A stretch of DNA of 64,000 bases, from positions 18,848,001 to 18,912,000 of the forward strand of contig NW_025963891.1 of assembly GCF_023055435.1 (NCBI RefSeq). The letters run 5' to 3'. The DNA is from Haliotis rufescens. Taxonomy: Eukaryota. Both the position numbers and the translations under genes were made by a program. Every line of letters starts with the position of its first letter. Positions within the stretch are counted from its first letter, which is position 1. Shown here piece after piece: positions 40,713 to 55,000 of this stretch. The notes beneath the pieces were generated by a model. That model worked only from the letters and a program-made list of their open reading frames with translations, was not told where the DNA came from and made no database searches.

Positions 40713-42845
40713 GAGACAAACTGATGTACCCTCTATAAGCACCTGGGGATTACTGTGTGCACAAGGTGTGAAAAAGCTTGCGTTAGTACAATGAGTACTT
40801 CTTGGAACTTTACAAAACCTGAATTACATCATCTCTAGAGAGCGCCAGCGCTTATTTCCAAGAAGGGTAGTGTCCACTTCCCAATGTAGAGGGTAGATAT
40901 TTTGATCAATGATTCGGGTTAATCATTTCACAATACATACAGACGGGGGCACGGGTGGCCCAGTCGTCTAAGGCGCCGCGGTTCGCTGTGCAGAGTTGCG
41001 TCCCTTGGGCACGCCAGAAACCTATGATTGTCGGTTCGAATCCCGGTTCGCCCCGTTTGTTTCTAGGTTTGTCAGCACCCGTGCTCGTGGGTTTCACCGA
41101 AGTGGTAAACGTCTGAGACCTGCATCACTTCGGGCTTTCCTCGCACATTAAGCTGACACCCGCGATATAACTGGAATATCGTTAAAAGCGGCGTTTAACC
41201 CAACTCACTCACTCACTCACTACAGAAAGACATAAACTCATGTTGGTGTTTACAGCATGGAATTTACCGAACGGTGAAGTTTGGGTTGGAAGAGTTTGCA
41301 CCACTTTCGTTTCATTACCGATATGATAAATGTTCATAGCATTGTCTTTTCCTCACTCTATTTACTAAAGGCTTGCTGCATATGAAGTATTGAAACTATA
41401 TAGTTGAGACATTCAAGCTTTAAATGCTAAGTGTGAAAGTGTCTGTTTAAAAGACCAGGAGTAGTGTACCCTTACAACTCAAATCACTGTGGATATGAGT
41501 ATAATGTTATTAATTATGATTAAACTACACATTTATGTACCGCAGGTACTAGTATCTGCTCAAATGCGGTTTTATTTGTTCCCCGACCAGTGGATCCGTT
41601 TGCATTCCAGTTATCATTCTCAACTCCCTGGGGAGTATACAACACAAGCTGCCCAGAGGCGCTAGAAGGTTTTTACATCCACCTCACATATCGGGTACCC
41701 ATTTCCTGCTGGGTGAACAGAGGCACATTTGAACTAGGTCTCTTTCCCAGGGTGACACCACACGTGTTTACACTTGTGTTGCGGGTGTATGTAAGTGTTT
41801 GTGTTTCCACCATCTGGTTATCCACCATTGGACGAGTGGGTTCTTTTGAGTGCACAGGGTGAATGTACTGTACACTAGGGGTAGTGACAACACTGTAAAG
41901 ACATGTAAACGTTGTTGGTCCATAGGTTATAGTTCAGTGAAGACAGGATAGTAAGAATATAATTGTAAATTGTCCAGTTGACATATATCTACATGTTCCA
42001 GGACATTACAGAAGGCGACACCATATCATTTTACTTTCATTGTGGACCGCCTCCGTGGTCTAGTGGTAGAGCGTCCGCCCGGAGAGCGGAAGGTCCGGTG
42101 TTCGATCCCCGGCCGCGTCATACCAAAGATGGTACTTGTTGTTACCCTGTCTGGCGCTCGGCATTAAGGGGCTAAAACAAGGACTGGTCGGCTCGGAGTC
42201 AGTATACTGTGTCTGAGTGGGGTATTCATGTTAAACTGCGGCGTGATATCTCAGTGAGCTAGCACTATAAATCGGCATCATTTCGGTCTTTTTTATGATG
42301 TGTAAATGGTGTGTTCAAAATTTCATTCTTGTATCCATAGCAGTTTCTGAGTAACATTGTCCCAATTGCAAGTCTCATGGACGCAGCTGTGTTGGAGGCG
42401 GACACTTGAATAACCAAACATATTCTTAGTAAGCCGACACAGACCTGAATTGGAGACAGATACTTCTCGACTCGAATATCTCAACATCCGTTCAACTACC
42501 GAACGTGTAAATTCTCAGATATATGCATGGATATCTTTAACATGTTCCAGTGTACGAATTACTCCAATTATTGAATAAACCACAATACTGCAATGTTAAG
42601 CCCATTTCAGTGAGTGAGTGAGTTTGGTTTTACGCCGCTTTTGGCAATATTCTAGCAATATCACGGCGGGGGATACCAGAAATGGGCTTCACACATTTTA
42701 CCCATGTCGGAATCGAACCCGGGTCTTCAGCGTGACGAGCGAACGCTGTAACCACTAGACACCCGACCGTCTAAGTCCATGAAATGGTTAGTCAGCAGGG
42801 CAGAGCCAGATAACGAATGAAACATTTAGTCAGGAAGGGTAAACG

Positions 42846-43148
42846 TATGGAAGCCTTTTGGGGCCATTTGTTTACTTTATATTTTTTTCTTGAAATTTCA
42901 AGATACTAAGTTTGAAAATTTAAAATTATAACTTGAAATTTCAACCTAGTATTTTGAAATTTCAAGTTCATTATCTTGAAATTTCAGCTTAGTTTGTATC
43001 TTGAAATTTCAACATAACATCTTGAAATTTCAACGTAGTATCTTGAAATTTCAACGTAGTATCTTGAAATTTCAACACAGCATCTTGAAATTTCAACATA
43101 ACATCTTGAAATTTCAAGAAAAAAATATGGCCCTGAAAGGCTTCCGTA
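42846..43148. mobile_element. Palindromic MITE with internal CTTGAAATTTCAA tandem subrepeats
   Basis: TIRs TATGGAAGCCTTTTGGGGCCAT / ATGGCCCTGAAAGGCTTCCGTA. About ten ~22-bp internal repeats. Confidence 0.85.
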
Positions 43149-45242
43149 CTTCCATATAAACGTGGGTCCGACTTTGATAACTATGTAACCGCGTAATCAG
43201 CTCCATTGTTATCTGACAAAGCGGGTAATAACAGTTGTGTTGATGGCCCACAGGAACATGCGGTATCAACACTTCTGTTAAGTATGCAAACCTCGTCACT
43301 GTATACGTGTTGTAACCCCACACGCGGGTATACAAGTCCGGGGCGATGCCGGGCTAGAGTGGGCCCCCAGCAACCTGTGTTTGTGAGTGAGTGAATATGT
43401 TTTTACGCCGCTTTTAGTAATATTCTAGCAATATGGGGAATCGAACCCGGGTGTTCGGCGTGACGAGCGAACGCTTTAACCACTAGGCTACCCCACCGCC
43501 CGTGCTTGTGGGAGCTGCTAAATGGATCGGTGATCAGTCTCGGTGACTTCGTTGATTACGTGACATCGTAAATCGTAATACATCTACCCGAGGCAAGGGA
43601 GTTACCTGACTATTAACGTCCCGTTTCGAAATCCACCCTATGTTGGCTGGGCTAACGAGTCTATGCACAGTCCAATCAAAATTACGTCACGAAATCGACA
43701 TCCGATTCGTCAACTGCATGCAGATTTCAGTCGATTGCAGGATTTGTAAAGCATGTGCACCGCCAACTCGGCGTCAACAGATATGTTCCATATCCTTTAA
43801 TGTTTCCAATCAAGGTGATCACGTGATTTGATGCACTTCGCGAAGTAAGACCCGTTTTGTTTTAACAATATAGATCTTGATCATCGAGCTGATCGTCTTG
43901 ACTGGGCGCCGCCATTTTGTTTGCAGCAAATGCAAGTGATATGAGAGATGGATTTTGTTTGTCAATGAGAGAGAGACAAGCTCCTCACAGCGATAGTCCG
44001 TTCGGGGAGCTCTCTATACTATCGCTGCCACCAGTCAAAAATCCCCACTGTGATAGGTGGTCCCAACCATGCTTGGAGTTGAACTCGCAACCGAATGACC
44101 GTTATGTTTACAAACAAGTGACGACTGTCGTGACGCCGAATATACTTACCACTGATAAATTACTTTCTTTATTTGTCAATTTGAATTTCTATTTCATTAA
44201 AAGTATCATCTTTTTTTTTATATAGTAAGAATGTAAAGGAAAAGTTGGTTGATTTTCCGTTAGTCTGCAATCTCGAACCAATCTGATTATTAAAACAACA
44301 AAGTAAATTCATCTGGAAAACATGGTCAGTCGTAAACCTTTTCAAAATGAAATATGATGGCATTCTCAAAGACATAAACGAAGGTGTCACGCGCTGGGAA
44401 GGAGCTTGTAGGAGAGACATAGAAGGGACATAACTCGTAATAATAACTCGGTGACGCTAGGATCAAACCCAGACATTCCATCCAGGGAATTACATCTCCA
44501 TTTCGAGAAACTACTAATAACCAAGGATTCAGATGAAATCATTCATATTTCATTTTTCAAAAAAAAAACTTTAATAAAACATACTTTCACTGTGATCATT
44601 CATTTTCCACATTGTATCCTTTGTGCGGAAATTAAGCCACTGTTATAAGTTGTTAACCGCGAGGAATCACTGCTTCTGGTTTGGAGTTAAAACCTTGCCC
44701 GAGCATGAACCGAATTTTTCAGCTCCATTCAAGTACTTTTCATAGAGTTCACTTTGTGTTTTTCCCACTTTAAAAAACAACAACACACGCGATACAATTA
44801 AAATATAGATAAAAGAGGCGTGAAAACTCCTAGACAAATCGTGAACATTATCAATGTCGTTATGCTGACACAAATGTGTTGGATCTTGGCACTTTAATAA
44901 CGTCCGACAAGGAGTCTGTAGATTCTTCCTGGTCACATCAACGCTGTCTTGCAACATTATCTACAATTTACTAATTCCAGTTAAAAATGTTATCCAACTG
45001 CCATAATCATGATAATCAAACGATATAAAGGGAGATAACGGCAGTGTGCAATGTATAACAATGTTTTTGCTGCCAAATTGATGCTTGTTTCGAGTTGTGA
45101 AAAAACTTCCTGCCAATCGGAAAGTTTACTATAAACTTTACATCGTTGTTGGGTGTACTTAACTTTTCACCCAGGGTTTGTTAAAAAAAAGGGAAAAACG
45201 TTGTGTGGTCAGCTTTGAAAAGAGTCCTGCATATCGTGAAAG

Positions 45243-48200
45243 ATGTTGAACGGAACAGGACTGTCTTTCATTCTATGGCTACTGATGAACGCGGCTTCTG
45301 CTCGCGGAGACAACAGCCCCGGTGTATCTTGGGAGGTGGAAGATATGCTTGTAAAACTGCAGGATGATCTTGGCATAAAAAGTCTAGGTAAGATGCCTTT
45401 GTAGCATCTGCATTTTATTAACTTCTCCATACTCAATTATGCAGTGTATCACATCTCCATTCTGTAATGATAACATATCCTGGACCAATCGCTGCGATAG
45501 CTTCGTCAACATCTCCATCTGTCATATCACTAAATTTTGACCCTTGAAGATCCGGGGTAGAAAAGGTCTTTAGAAACCCATGCTTGCAGTAAAAGGCAAC
45601 CATGTTTGTCGTAAGAGGCGACTAACGGGATCGGGTGGTCAGGCTCGCTGACTTGGTTGATGCTTATCATTGTATCCCAATTGCGTAGATCGATGCTTAT
45701 GATGTCAATCACTGGATTGTTTGGTCCAGACTCGATTATTTACAGGCCGCCGTAATACAGCTGGAATATTGCGGAGTGCGGCATTAAACAACAAACAGAC
45801 TTATGACGCTCGTTGCAAAATGTCCACTATATCAAAAATGACCTGAACAACCCAAGAATTAGTTCTGTTACGTTGAAGAAAAATAGATACCTGAGGATAC
45901 AGTAAAGTACGGTTATAACGAATTCAAAGGGTCTACTAATTCTAGTTCGTTATAACCGTAGTTTGTTATAAGCATATATACAGCATAACTACAGCAAATA
46001 GTCGGGACCAAAACATCCGTAAGTTCATTATAAGCGTGTTCGTTATAACCGTAGTTTACTGTATTTGTTTTGGCCTAAACTGGGACCCTTTTCCTTTATC
46101 CGTACTTTTACTTTATCCTCATACGTTTATACGCTCAACCGAAATTGTACCACTGACCACTCAGTTCCGAATACTGTCGCTGCCTCACTGCCCACAGTAC
46201 TGTGTGCACTGTAGTCGACGTTATTTGCCGCGGTGTGACATTCTACATATTTCATCTACAGGAAGCAAGACTCCACTTTACCGCAAAGACATGTCTTCTG
46301 ATTACGTCGCCTATTGGCTCATAGAGTTCAATAAGGAGGGATATGTCATTCTGTCATCAGGGGAGGCAACCGGTGACTACAGGTGCTTACTAAATATAAT
46401 TCTTTTGAGAGTCTTTGTTTTTGTCCATCAATGACGCCGAAATATCAACGCTTGGCATGAATGGGCAGAAAATGGTTTAACATACCGTTCGTTCGATATC
46501 AGGAATATATCTTACCAAGTTATTGTTGCAATAAACTACACGTATATTAATCTGCTCATTATGTTCAAATAGGTTACAAAACTGTACGTGTATCTTAGTC
46601 CCTCAAAACAGATACTCGTGCAATCGGGCCGATTTTATGACATGCTCGTGTGTCGTTATGAGGGTAGTGTAACGCTGCTCCGAGGTGAGGTGAGGTGAAA
46701 TTGGGTTTAACGTCGCGTCCAAGAATATTGCACTTACTTAGCGACGTGCATGTACGTGTGTGTGTGTGGCTGCTTGTACTAGTCCGAAATGATGCCGATT
46801 TATAGTGCTAGCCCACTGAGATATCATGCCGCAGTGTAACATGAATACCCCACTCAGACACACTATACTGACTCCGAGCCGACCAGTCCTTGTTTTAGCC
46901 CCTTAATGCCGAGTGCCAGACAGGGCAACAACAAGTACCATCTTTTAACGTCTTTTTGGTATGACGCGGCCGGGGATCCAACCCCGGGCCTTCCGCTCTC
47001 CGGGCGGACGCTCTACCTCTAGACCACGGAGGCGGTCTACGCTGCTCCGAACATTAATCCAGTTATATCACGGCGTGTTTATGTTGGAGGAAAACCGAAG
47101 TGATGCAGGTCTCACACGTTTACCACTTTAGTGAAACCCACGAGCACGGATATGGTGCTGACAAACCTAGAAACATTATCAGGTCGAACCGGGATTCGAA
47201 CCCATGATTATAGGTTTCTGGCACGCCTAATGGACACCCTGAGTAATTAAAGGATACTATGAAGTTGAATCGTGTATTTGTGATCAACTGTTTCCCTCGA
47301 TGCCTCATGCACTATTTCACTCTTGAAAGGCTGCTCCAACAGGGTTATCTCCCCTCCCCGGTGGTCGTGCTGTCTCGACGGGCAGAGAGACAGGGGGCGC
47401 CATGTTCCAGGTTCTATGTGTTCACAATAGACGCCGAGATCCTGTGTGAAGACAGCCAAGGGTCTGTAGCTGCCTCAACCATGGACGAGCTGCTGGGTAA
47501 TCCGGTAAATATACACTGAAGTGTGGCGCCCTACATCTTCCCCAGGCAAGGGAGTTCTATGAAAATGAACATTAATTATAGAATAGAGGAAGTTCGGATT
47601 ATCTATTCCAAGTAAATGAATTGTGTGAGACCCGATCCATTAGCGAGATAACTGATAATTCGCATCTTCCAGAGGCAAGGGAGTTAATTGGCTATAAAAA
47701 TCCAGTTCCGACCCTTGCCGAATTCGGCTGGAATTTCTGGGCTCGATCGAAGCGCCACCAGTGGCTATTACGAGTTATGTCCCTTCTATGTCCATCTCAC
47801 ATCACTTCAGATAGCAAAAATTGTATGCCTAAAACACTCTAGCAATGACAGGTATTGATGGGTCTTCAACAACCAAACACTTTACCAACTTGTCTTCAGT
47901 TTCGCCTTCAAAGGGAAGAGTATTAATGAGCTCAATCACTGCATCAATAAAATACATCATATTAAGTCTAATGATGAAGGTATTAGCTTCGTTAAGATGT
48001 AGTCTAATACATGTGTTCTAAAGCTGTAACGGATTTTATAACTGATCTTGCATTGATCTTGTACTGATATCACACCAATTATATATTACAATATTATTCA
48101 CACGACTAGACCTTTTCTAGTTTCTTCTTACACCGCCGGATTAAGGGTTAGAATTGATCCACAGGGACCAATGCTGGTCGTATGAAGCGACTTATTCGAT

Positions 48201-50371
48201 CGGATGGTCTGGATGGGTGATCTTAATTGGTTGATGCGGTGCCACCAAAGCCAGACGGCGAGGGTCATTGTTCACAATATCAATCAGTGGACTGTCTGGT
48301 CCAGACTAAATTATTTGCATGCTGTCGTCATATAGCTACAATACCAGTCCTGTTGTAAGTGTGTTATCTAAAATTTCGGCGGACAATCCTTGAGCCAAGT
48401 ACCTACACGTTACATGTTTTTGTATTATTCAGTTGGAATATAATATAGATATGCGAACGTTGTAATCTATTATTCACCATTCCTCAATACCAGAATGAGC
48501 TTCATGACGAACAGCTGGCTAGAGAGTACAGGGCTGTTTCCGGTGGACAGCGCTACCTGGCGGAAGAATGGGACAAAAAGCGTAGGGACATCCGGGCCAG
48601 TCCCGAGTGGAGGACACTCAGCGTTGTACGCGCAGGACAGGGAGTACAGCAGGTCAGTGTCGTAAATGGAGACCCGAAGTGAAAGATCTGTGATGTATTG
48701 TGCGAACTGAAAAGTGGTTTTCAAGCCAGTGGCATTTTTAGCAACTACTACACATTTAATCTAGGTTGATTTTTAGAGGGGAATCCTTTCACATCCATAT
48801 AGTTTTCATTGAATTAACGCTATTCTCATAGGTCGGATTTATCCAGTTACATTTTCTTACATCCTTTTAGAAAAAAAAATTCTCCAGTGCTCCATTACTC
48901 TTAACAACCTGATCTTATATGATTTGTTTTTGTTTAGCCGCGCACACAGCAATATTCCAGCTAAATGAGGGGTTAAAGATCCGGGTTAGAATTGGTCTTA
49001 AATCTCCAACGAGCGTAGTGATATTAAGAACTATTGTGATACAAATCATTTTCGCAAATATTCTTCATCCGTATTTCATAAATATTGTCTCAATTCTATG
49101 GTAACCCTGGAAAGGTGTTTCTACCAAAACTGAATCGTGATTCACAAAATCACCCGCTATGGAGATAAGTTACATGTAATTAAGTATTCAAGTACTTAAT
49201 ATATGATGAACCGATTTGAGCTTTTATTCATTTTCAGGTTTACGAGGAATATGTGATTATCGCCCGAGAGCAGGCAGTTGCTGTAGGAAACGCCACCACT
49301 GTTCGCATACGCGCCTTCAACGAAACTGCGACCTTTGATCCCTTTATCCTGGTGCCCAAATATGAATCGAAACAAACCTCTGACCTACAACAGAATACAT
49401 GCATCCTAACACAACTCTGTTCAAGTTCAGACCTGACCTTAATCAATCAAGAAAAGATAAAAACAGACGAAAATGGTCTACGATACGTTCCGGTGCGGTT
49501 CGGCATCACGCGAATTCCCGTGAGATTTCAGATTGAGGTGTATCTGTCTGACGGATCAGTTGCTGTACGCAACTTCCGGTTGGATGTTTCTCTAACCCGC
49601 GCTGCTGTACAACCGATGCACATCTACACTGTTCCCCTAGAGGAGGAGTTCCCCGACTATTGGCAGCCTACCGTGAACGCTTCACTCAACAGGCAGTATC
49701 AACAGTGCCAGGTAGGCGACGGGACAGTAGCATGGGCCATGGTTCTGGGTTATTATGACCGCCGTTCCTCAGCTAGACCACGTGAATTTGGTACTGCTTC
49801 ACAAGGCCTCTTTAGATGTGGACCATTTGGTTTCCATGGCGATAAGAAATGTAAAGCTCCAAAGAAAAATGACGCTTCTTTTGAAAAGTACCTTGACTCA
49901 TTAAAACGTCGACTGAACGTCATTTGTAACGGCGACGTTGGCGTGACGCGGGACACCATGATGGCCAACATCCAGCCACTGTTTGATCATTTGATGGAGG
50001 AGGCCTCGACTGTCGTCTTGACTCACCAGTCGGACAAGAAGTTGTACGGTCTGCTTCCGAACTACTTCCCGAGGGATCCCGATGGTGCCCGAAACCACGC
50101 GATCAAGCATTTGATGAGCAGGGACACACTTCCGGTTGTGGTGGATTCCCGGATGTCCAGGTTCTGGGGCCCTGTTGGCCAGCATTACGTTGTAGCCACC
50201 AAGCTGAGGCGGCGGTCCCTAAGGTACAGGGTGTGCACAGGGAGGGGTTGTGGACAGTGGCGGACGGACTTTGATGTCGAGTGGTACGAACACAGCGGCT
50301 TGGAGTCCAAGGTGGGAGATGGTTGGCAAAAGGCCAACACGTTCTTTGCCGCCATAGCCTCCTACAAATAG
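45243..50371 (+). CDS. Secreted 577-aa protein with a putative propeptide and a C-terminal papain-fold (peptidase C10/C39-like) domain, probably catalytically inactive
   Basis: Exons 45243-45387 (MLNGTGLSFILWLLMNAASARG..., signal-peptide-like), 46262-46382, 47330-47504, 48494-48652 and 49238-50371. All GT-AG with phases 1,2,0,0 consistent and no internal stop. Motifs CQVGDGTVAWAMVLGYYDR and GQHYVVAT. The fold assignment is inference. Confidence 0.82.
45900..46061. mobile_element. Tc1/mariner-type MITE
   Basis: TA-CAGTAAAGTACGGTTATAACG...CGTTATAACCGTAGTTTACTG-TA. Related degenerate copy at ~13562-13715. Confidence 0.85.
46684..47038 (-). mobile_element. tRNA-derived SINE, family C
   Basis: Full-length, with TSD ACGCTGCTCCGA on both sides. 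Confidence 0.9.
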
Positions 50372-52056
50372 AAAAACCAGAGAACATTCACTTTGGTCAA
50401 TGGAGGGATGGCTTTCCTAGCATTTTGCGAATATGATGTACCGGAATACTTTCACTGGTAAATAAGCAATGAATAAGATACAACTCAAGACATACAAAGT
50501 TTGTCATTTTTTGTAAAATTGTTTATCCTCGATCATAGGCCATACCTAAAGGTAAAGTGAAATCGATGTAAAAACTTATTGAACATTTCATATAGTGGTT
50601 GTTTGCTTATCAAGCATCTGCAGCATTAAATGAATGACAGTGATGAAGTCGTTTAGGCATAATTCTGGTTAGTTGATTGGTTTGTTGTTTAACGCCGCAT
50701 TCAGCAATATTCCAGCTATATGACGGCGGTCTGTAAATAATCGAGTCTGGATCAGACAATCCAGTGATTGACATCATGAACATCGATCCACGCAATTGGG
50801 ATCGATAACATGCCTCAACCAAGTCAGCGAGCCTGACCACCCGATCCCGTTAGTCGCCTCTAACGACAAGCATAGTCATACCTCGATGGCATGAACCAGT
50901 GTTCACAAAACCAAACACAGGTTAGCCACGAATCATGCATGACGTAGTTGTACTATTGCTGACTGTGGCACAAAACAACAGCAAATAAACACTGAAAATA
51001 GTATGCAGTCTGCAGGACAAGGTATCATATCCGCCCATATAATGTGTGTCCACGTGAGTGAATGCTATTTTAGGTCGTAGTTAGCAATAATAAGGTGCGG
51101 TAGCTTAAAGCACTGACTCTCCTTACTGCAGTTTTATCGTGTAAGGTTCAGACAAACCAATGGTCAATAGTTTGTTTGTTTGTTGTTTTAACGCCGCACT
51201 CAGCAATATTCCATCTATATGACGGCGGTCTGTAAAAAATCGAGTCTGGACCAGACAATCCAGTGATTGACATGGTGATCATCGATCTACCCAATTGGGA
51301 TCGATGACATGCATCAACCATGTCAGCGAGCCTGACCACCCGATCCCGTTAGTCGCCTTTCACTACAAGCATAGTCATCTGTTACGGCAAGCATGGATTG
51401 CTGAAAACCTATTCTACCCCGGATCTTCACGGGTCAGTGGTGAATAGTAGGAACATCATAATAAGATAACAGTTCTCCATCGTTTCTCTCAATAGAGATC
51501 TTTTCACCTTTTAACATTCAGTGTGACCATTAGACTGACATTTAGTCACAGAAATAAAGTTATCTTATTTAATACATATTACAGAATAATTGAGTTTGTT
51601 TGTTTGTTTGTTGTTTAACGTCGCACTCAACAATATTCCAGCTATATGACGGCGGTCTGTAGATAATCGAGTCTGGACCAGACAATCCAGTGATTGACAT
51701 GATGATCATCGATCTACGCAATCAGGATACAATGACATGCATCAACCAAGTCAGCAAACCTGACCGTCCGATCCCATGAGACAAGAATCGACAATCGCCT
51801 CTTACGACAAGAATGGTTGCTTTTTACGGCAAGCATGGGTTGCTGAAGACCTACCCCACCCCGGACCTTCGCAGGAAATGAAAATGAATTCTTCGCAACA
51901 TACATTATTTTAGAAATGAAATCAATATTGTTTACGTATATGTATGTATAAACGAAAAAACATGGTATATCTATTCCTTACATACAGCTTAGGAAAGATT
52001 GACACACATGGACTTCCTTCCCTTTGAACTTGTGTCAGTGTAAAGGGATTAATTAG

Positions 52057-55000
52057 TCGGAAAGGGTATTGGTATGACTTACTGGCCAGAATAATAACGA
52101 GCGTCGCCAATAAAAGGTAGGAACGGGTTGGGAAGCGTTCTGGAACTAACGGATTCGTCCGCCAAGCCCAAATCGCTGACGTCAACAATGGAGCTACGTC
52201 ACGGCCTTGTGTGTCCCCCCAAAACTCTTGACATCATAGAACGATTACGTCAACAATCAGCTGACGTCAGAGACTATCACATCGTCAATAGCGTAGACGG
52301 CTGGAGGGCCTGTTGCTTTCGGGGGCAGCTTTTGATACTGCAAAGACAAGCACTGATTAGATGAGGACTGGTGTTCAGCGCAGGTAAGCCGCTCCTTTTA
52401 TTCTTTGAAAAGAAAAAGACTTTAATGTCCAATCTAAGAAAGGGCAACACACCACAATGTGACTTTGTGCACAAGGGAATGGAGGACTGTAGTATTTCAA
52501 GTGATGAATCGAGTTTGTATCTGCGTTAGTTTTGTCATCTGAATGTTTGCAGAGTCGGAAACGATGTTGTAGTTGGACTGAAGGGGACGTTACGCTGAGT
52601 AGTGTGTACAAACATGCAAGTCCCTGGGAGTATTTTTTATTCTCTTTGGATAAGTTAGTCTCGTGAATGTGTTACGCACGCTCGTGTGCTCACTACGCGA
52701 CGGCATATAGAATGACTGTTTTCTTAAATTTTGTAATGGTAAGTGATTATACCGTCCCAGACCATTGGATTGTGTTTGCATGGAGGCGATTGTTTATTGT
52801 GAATTTTGCAGAACTGAGACACATATATAGACCGAAAGTTGCCCAGAGACTTCTCTTTACATTTGAGTCGCCGTCAGGGAATTAATTTGACAGTGTCGCA
52901 GAGTTTCGTCATCTTCCGTACCTGCTATGTGCAAATGGATGGACACTTCCTAATGTTTTCTGTGTTTAAAAAAAGGAAGCAGATAGACCCAGATGTAAAT
53001 AAATCCGCTGAATCTAATGGGCCGAGTAGAATTAGTTTTGTACACTTTCAGGGTATAATCACCTGGCAGTCTCACAAAGTCTTATTTTAGGCGTATTTTT
53101 TCCTTTAAAAAATGTAGATGTCATACTCATAACAACGTGCTTCGGGAGCTTCATCTCTATTACAAGGGGTTGACTGGAAGTGTGTATTGTAGCTTGCCTC
53201 TTCTTTCATTGCCTCTGTACAAAACACTGTGAAGGGAGACCGAGTGCGAGTCGGAAGGGTATTGGTATGACTTACTGGCCAGAATAATAACGAGCGTCGC
53301 CAATAAAAGGTAGGAACGGGTTGGGAAGCGTTCTGGAACTAACGGATTCGGCCGCCAAGCCCAAATCGCTGACGTCAACAATGGAGCTACGTCACGGCCT
53401 TGTGTGTCCCCCAAAACTCTTGACATCATAGAACGATTACGTCAACAATCAGCTGACGTCAGAGACTATCACATCGTCAATAGCGTAGACGGCTGGAGGG
53501 CCTGTTGCTTTGGGGGGCAGCTTTTGATACTGCAAAGACAAGCACTGATTAGATGAGGACTGGTGTTCAGCGCAGGTAAGCCGCTGCTTTTTTTCTTTGA
53601 TAAGAAAAAGACTTTAATGTCCAATCTAAGAAAGGGCAACACACCACAATGTGACTTTGTGCACAAGGGAATGGAGGACTGTAGTATTTCAAGTGATGAA
53701 TCGAGTTTGTATCTGCGTTAGTTTTGTCATCTGAATGTTTGCAGAGTCGGAAACGATGTTGTAGTTGGACTATGCAAGTCCCTGGGAGTATTTTTTATTC
53801 TCTTTGGATAAGTTAGTCTCGTGAATGTGTTACGCACGCTCGTGTGCTCACTACGCGACGGCATATAGAATGACTGTTTTCTTAAATTTTGTAATGGTAA
53901 GTGATTATACCGTCCCAGACCATTGGATTGTGTTTGCATGGAGGCGATTGTATATTATGAATTTTGCAGAACTGAGACACATGTATAGACCGAAAGTTGC
54001 CCAGAGACTTCTCTTTACATTTGAGTCGCCGTCAGGGAATTAATTTGACAGTGTCGCAGAGTTTCGTCATCTTCCGTACCTGCTATGTGCAAATGGATGG
54101 ACACTTCCTAATGTTTTCTGTGTTTAAAAAAGGAAGCAGATAGAGCCAGATGTAAATAAATCCGCTGAATCTAATGGGCCGAGTAGAATTAGTTTTGTAC
54201 ACTTTCAGGGTATAATCACCTGGCAGTCTCACAAAGTCTTATTTTAGGCGTATTTTTTCCTTTAAAAAATGTAGATGTCATACTCATAACAACGTGCTTC
54301 GGGAGCTTCATCTCTATTACAAGGGGTTGACTGGAAGTGTGTATTGTAGCTTGACTGAAGGGGACGTTACGCTGAGTAGTGTGTACAAACATGCAAGTGC
54401 TGGGGAGTATTTTTTATTCTCTTTGGATAAGTTAGTCTCGTGAATGTGTTACGCACGCTCGTGTGCTCACTACGCGACGGCATATAGAATGACTGTTTTC
54501 TTAAATTTTGTAATGGTAAGTGATTATACTGTCCCAGACCATTGGATTGTGTTTGTATGGAGGCGATTGTAAATTGTGAATTTTGCAGAACTGAGACACA
54601 TGTATAGACCGAAAGTTACCCAGAGACTTCTCTTTACATTTGAGTCGCCGTCAGGGAATTAATTTGACAGTGTCGCAGAGTTTCGCCATCTTCCGTACCT
54701 GCCATGTGCAAATGGATGGACACTTCTTAATGTTTTCTGTGTTTAAAAAAGGAAACAGATAGAGCCAGATGTTAATAAATCCGCTGAATCTAATGGGCCG
54801 AGTAGAATTAGTTTTGTACACTTTCAGGGTATAATCACCTGGCAGTCTCACAAAGTCTTATTTTAGGCGTATTTCTTCCTCTAAAAAATGTAGATGTCAT
54901 ACTCATAACAACGTGCTTCCGGAGCTTCATCTCTATTACAAGGGTTGACTGGAAGTGTGTATTGTAGCTTGCCTCTTCTTTCATTGCCTCTGTACAAAAC

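Noticed and set aside
52495-52585. Box C/D snoRNA in the array unit (GTGATGA...CTGA)
   Set aside because: Terminal stem is poor, the distal CTGA is deleted in two units, and no guide target was recognised.
53054-53070. U1 snRNA-like 5' end ATAATCACCTGGCAG in each array unit
   Set aside because: Similarity stops after ~15 nt, the splice-site-pairing ACTTAC is altered, and no U1 stem-loops follow.
52057-53249. Hammerhead ribozyme or retrozyme in the array unit
   Set aside because: No CTGANGA core found on either strand by eye.
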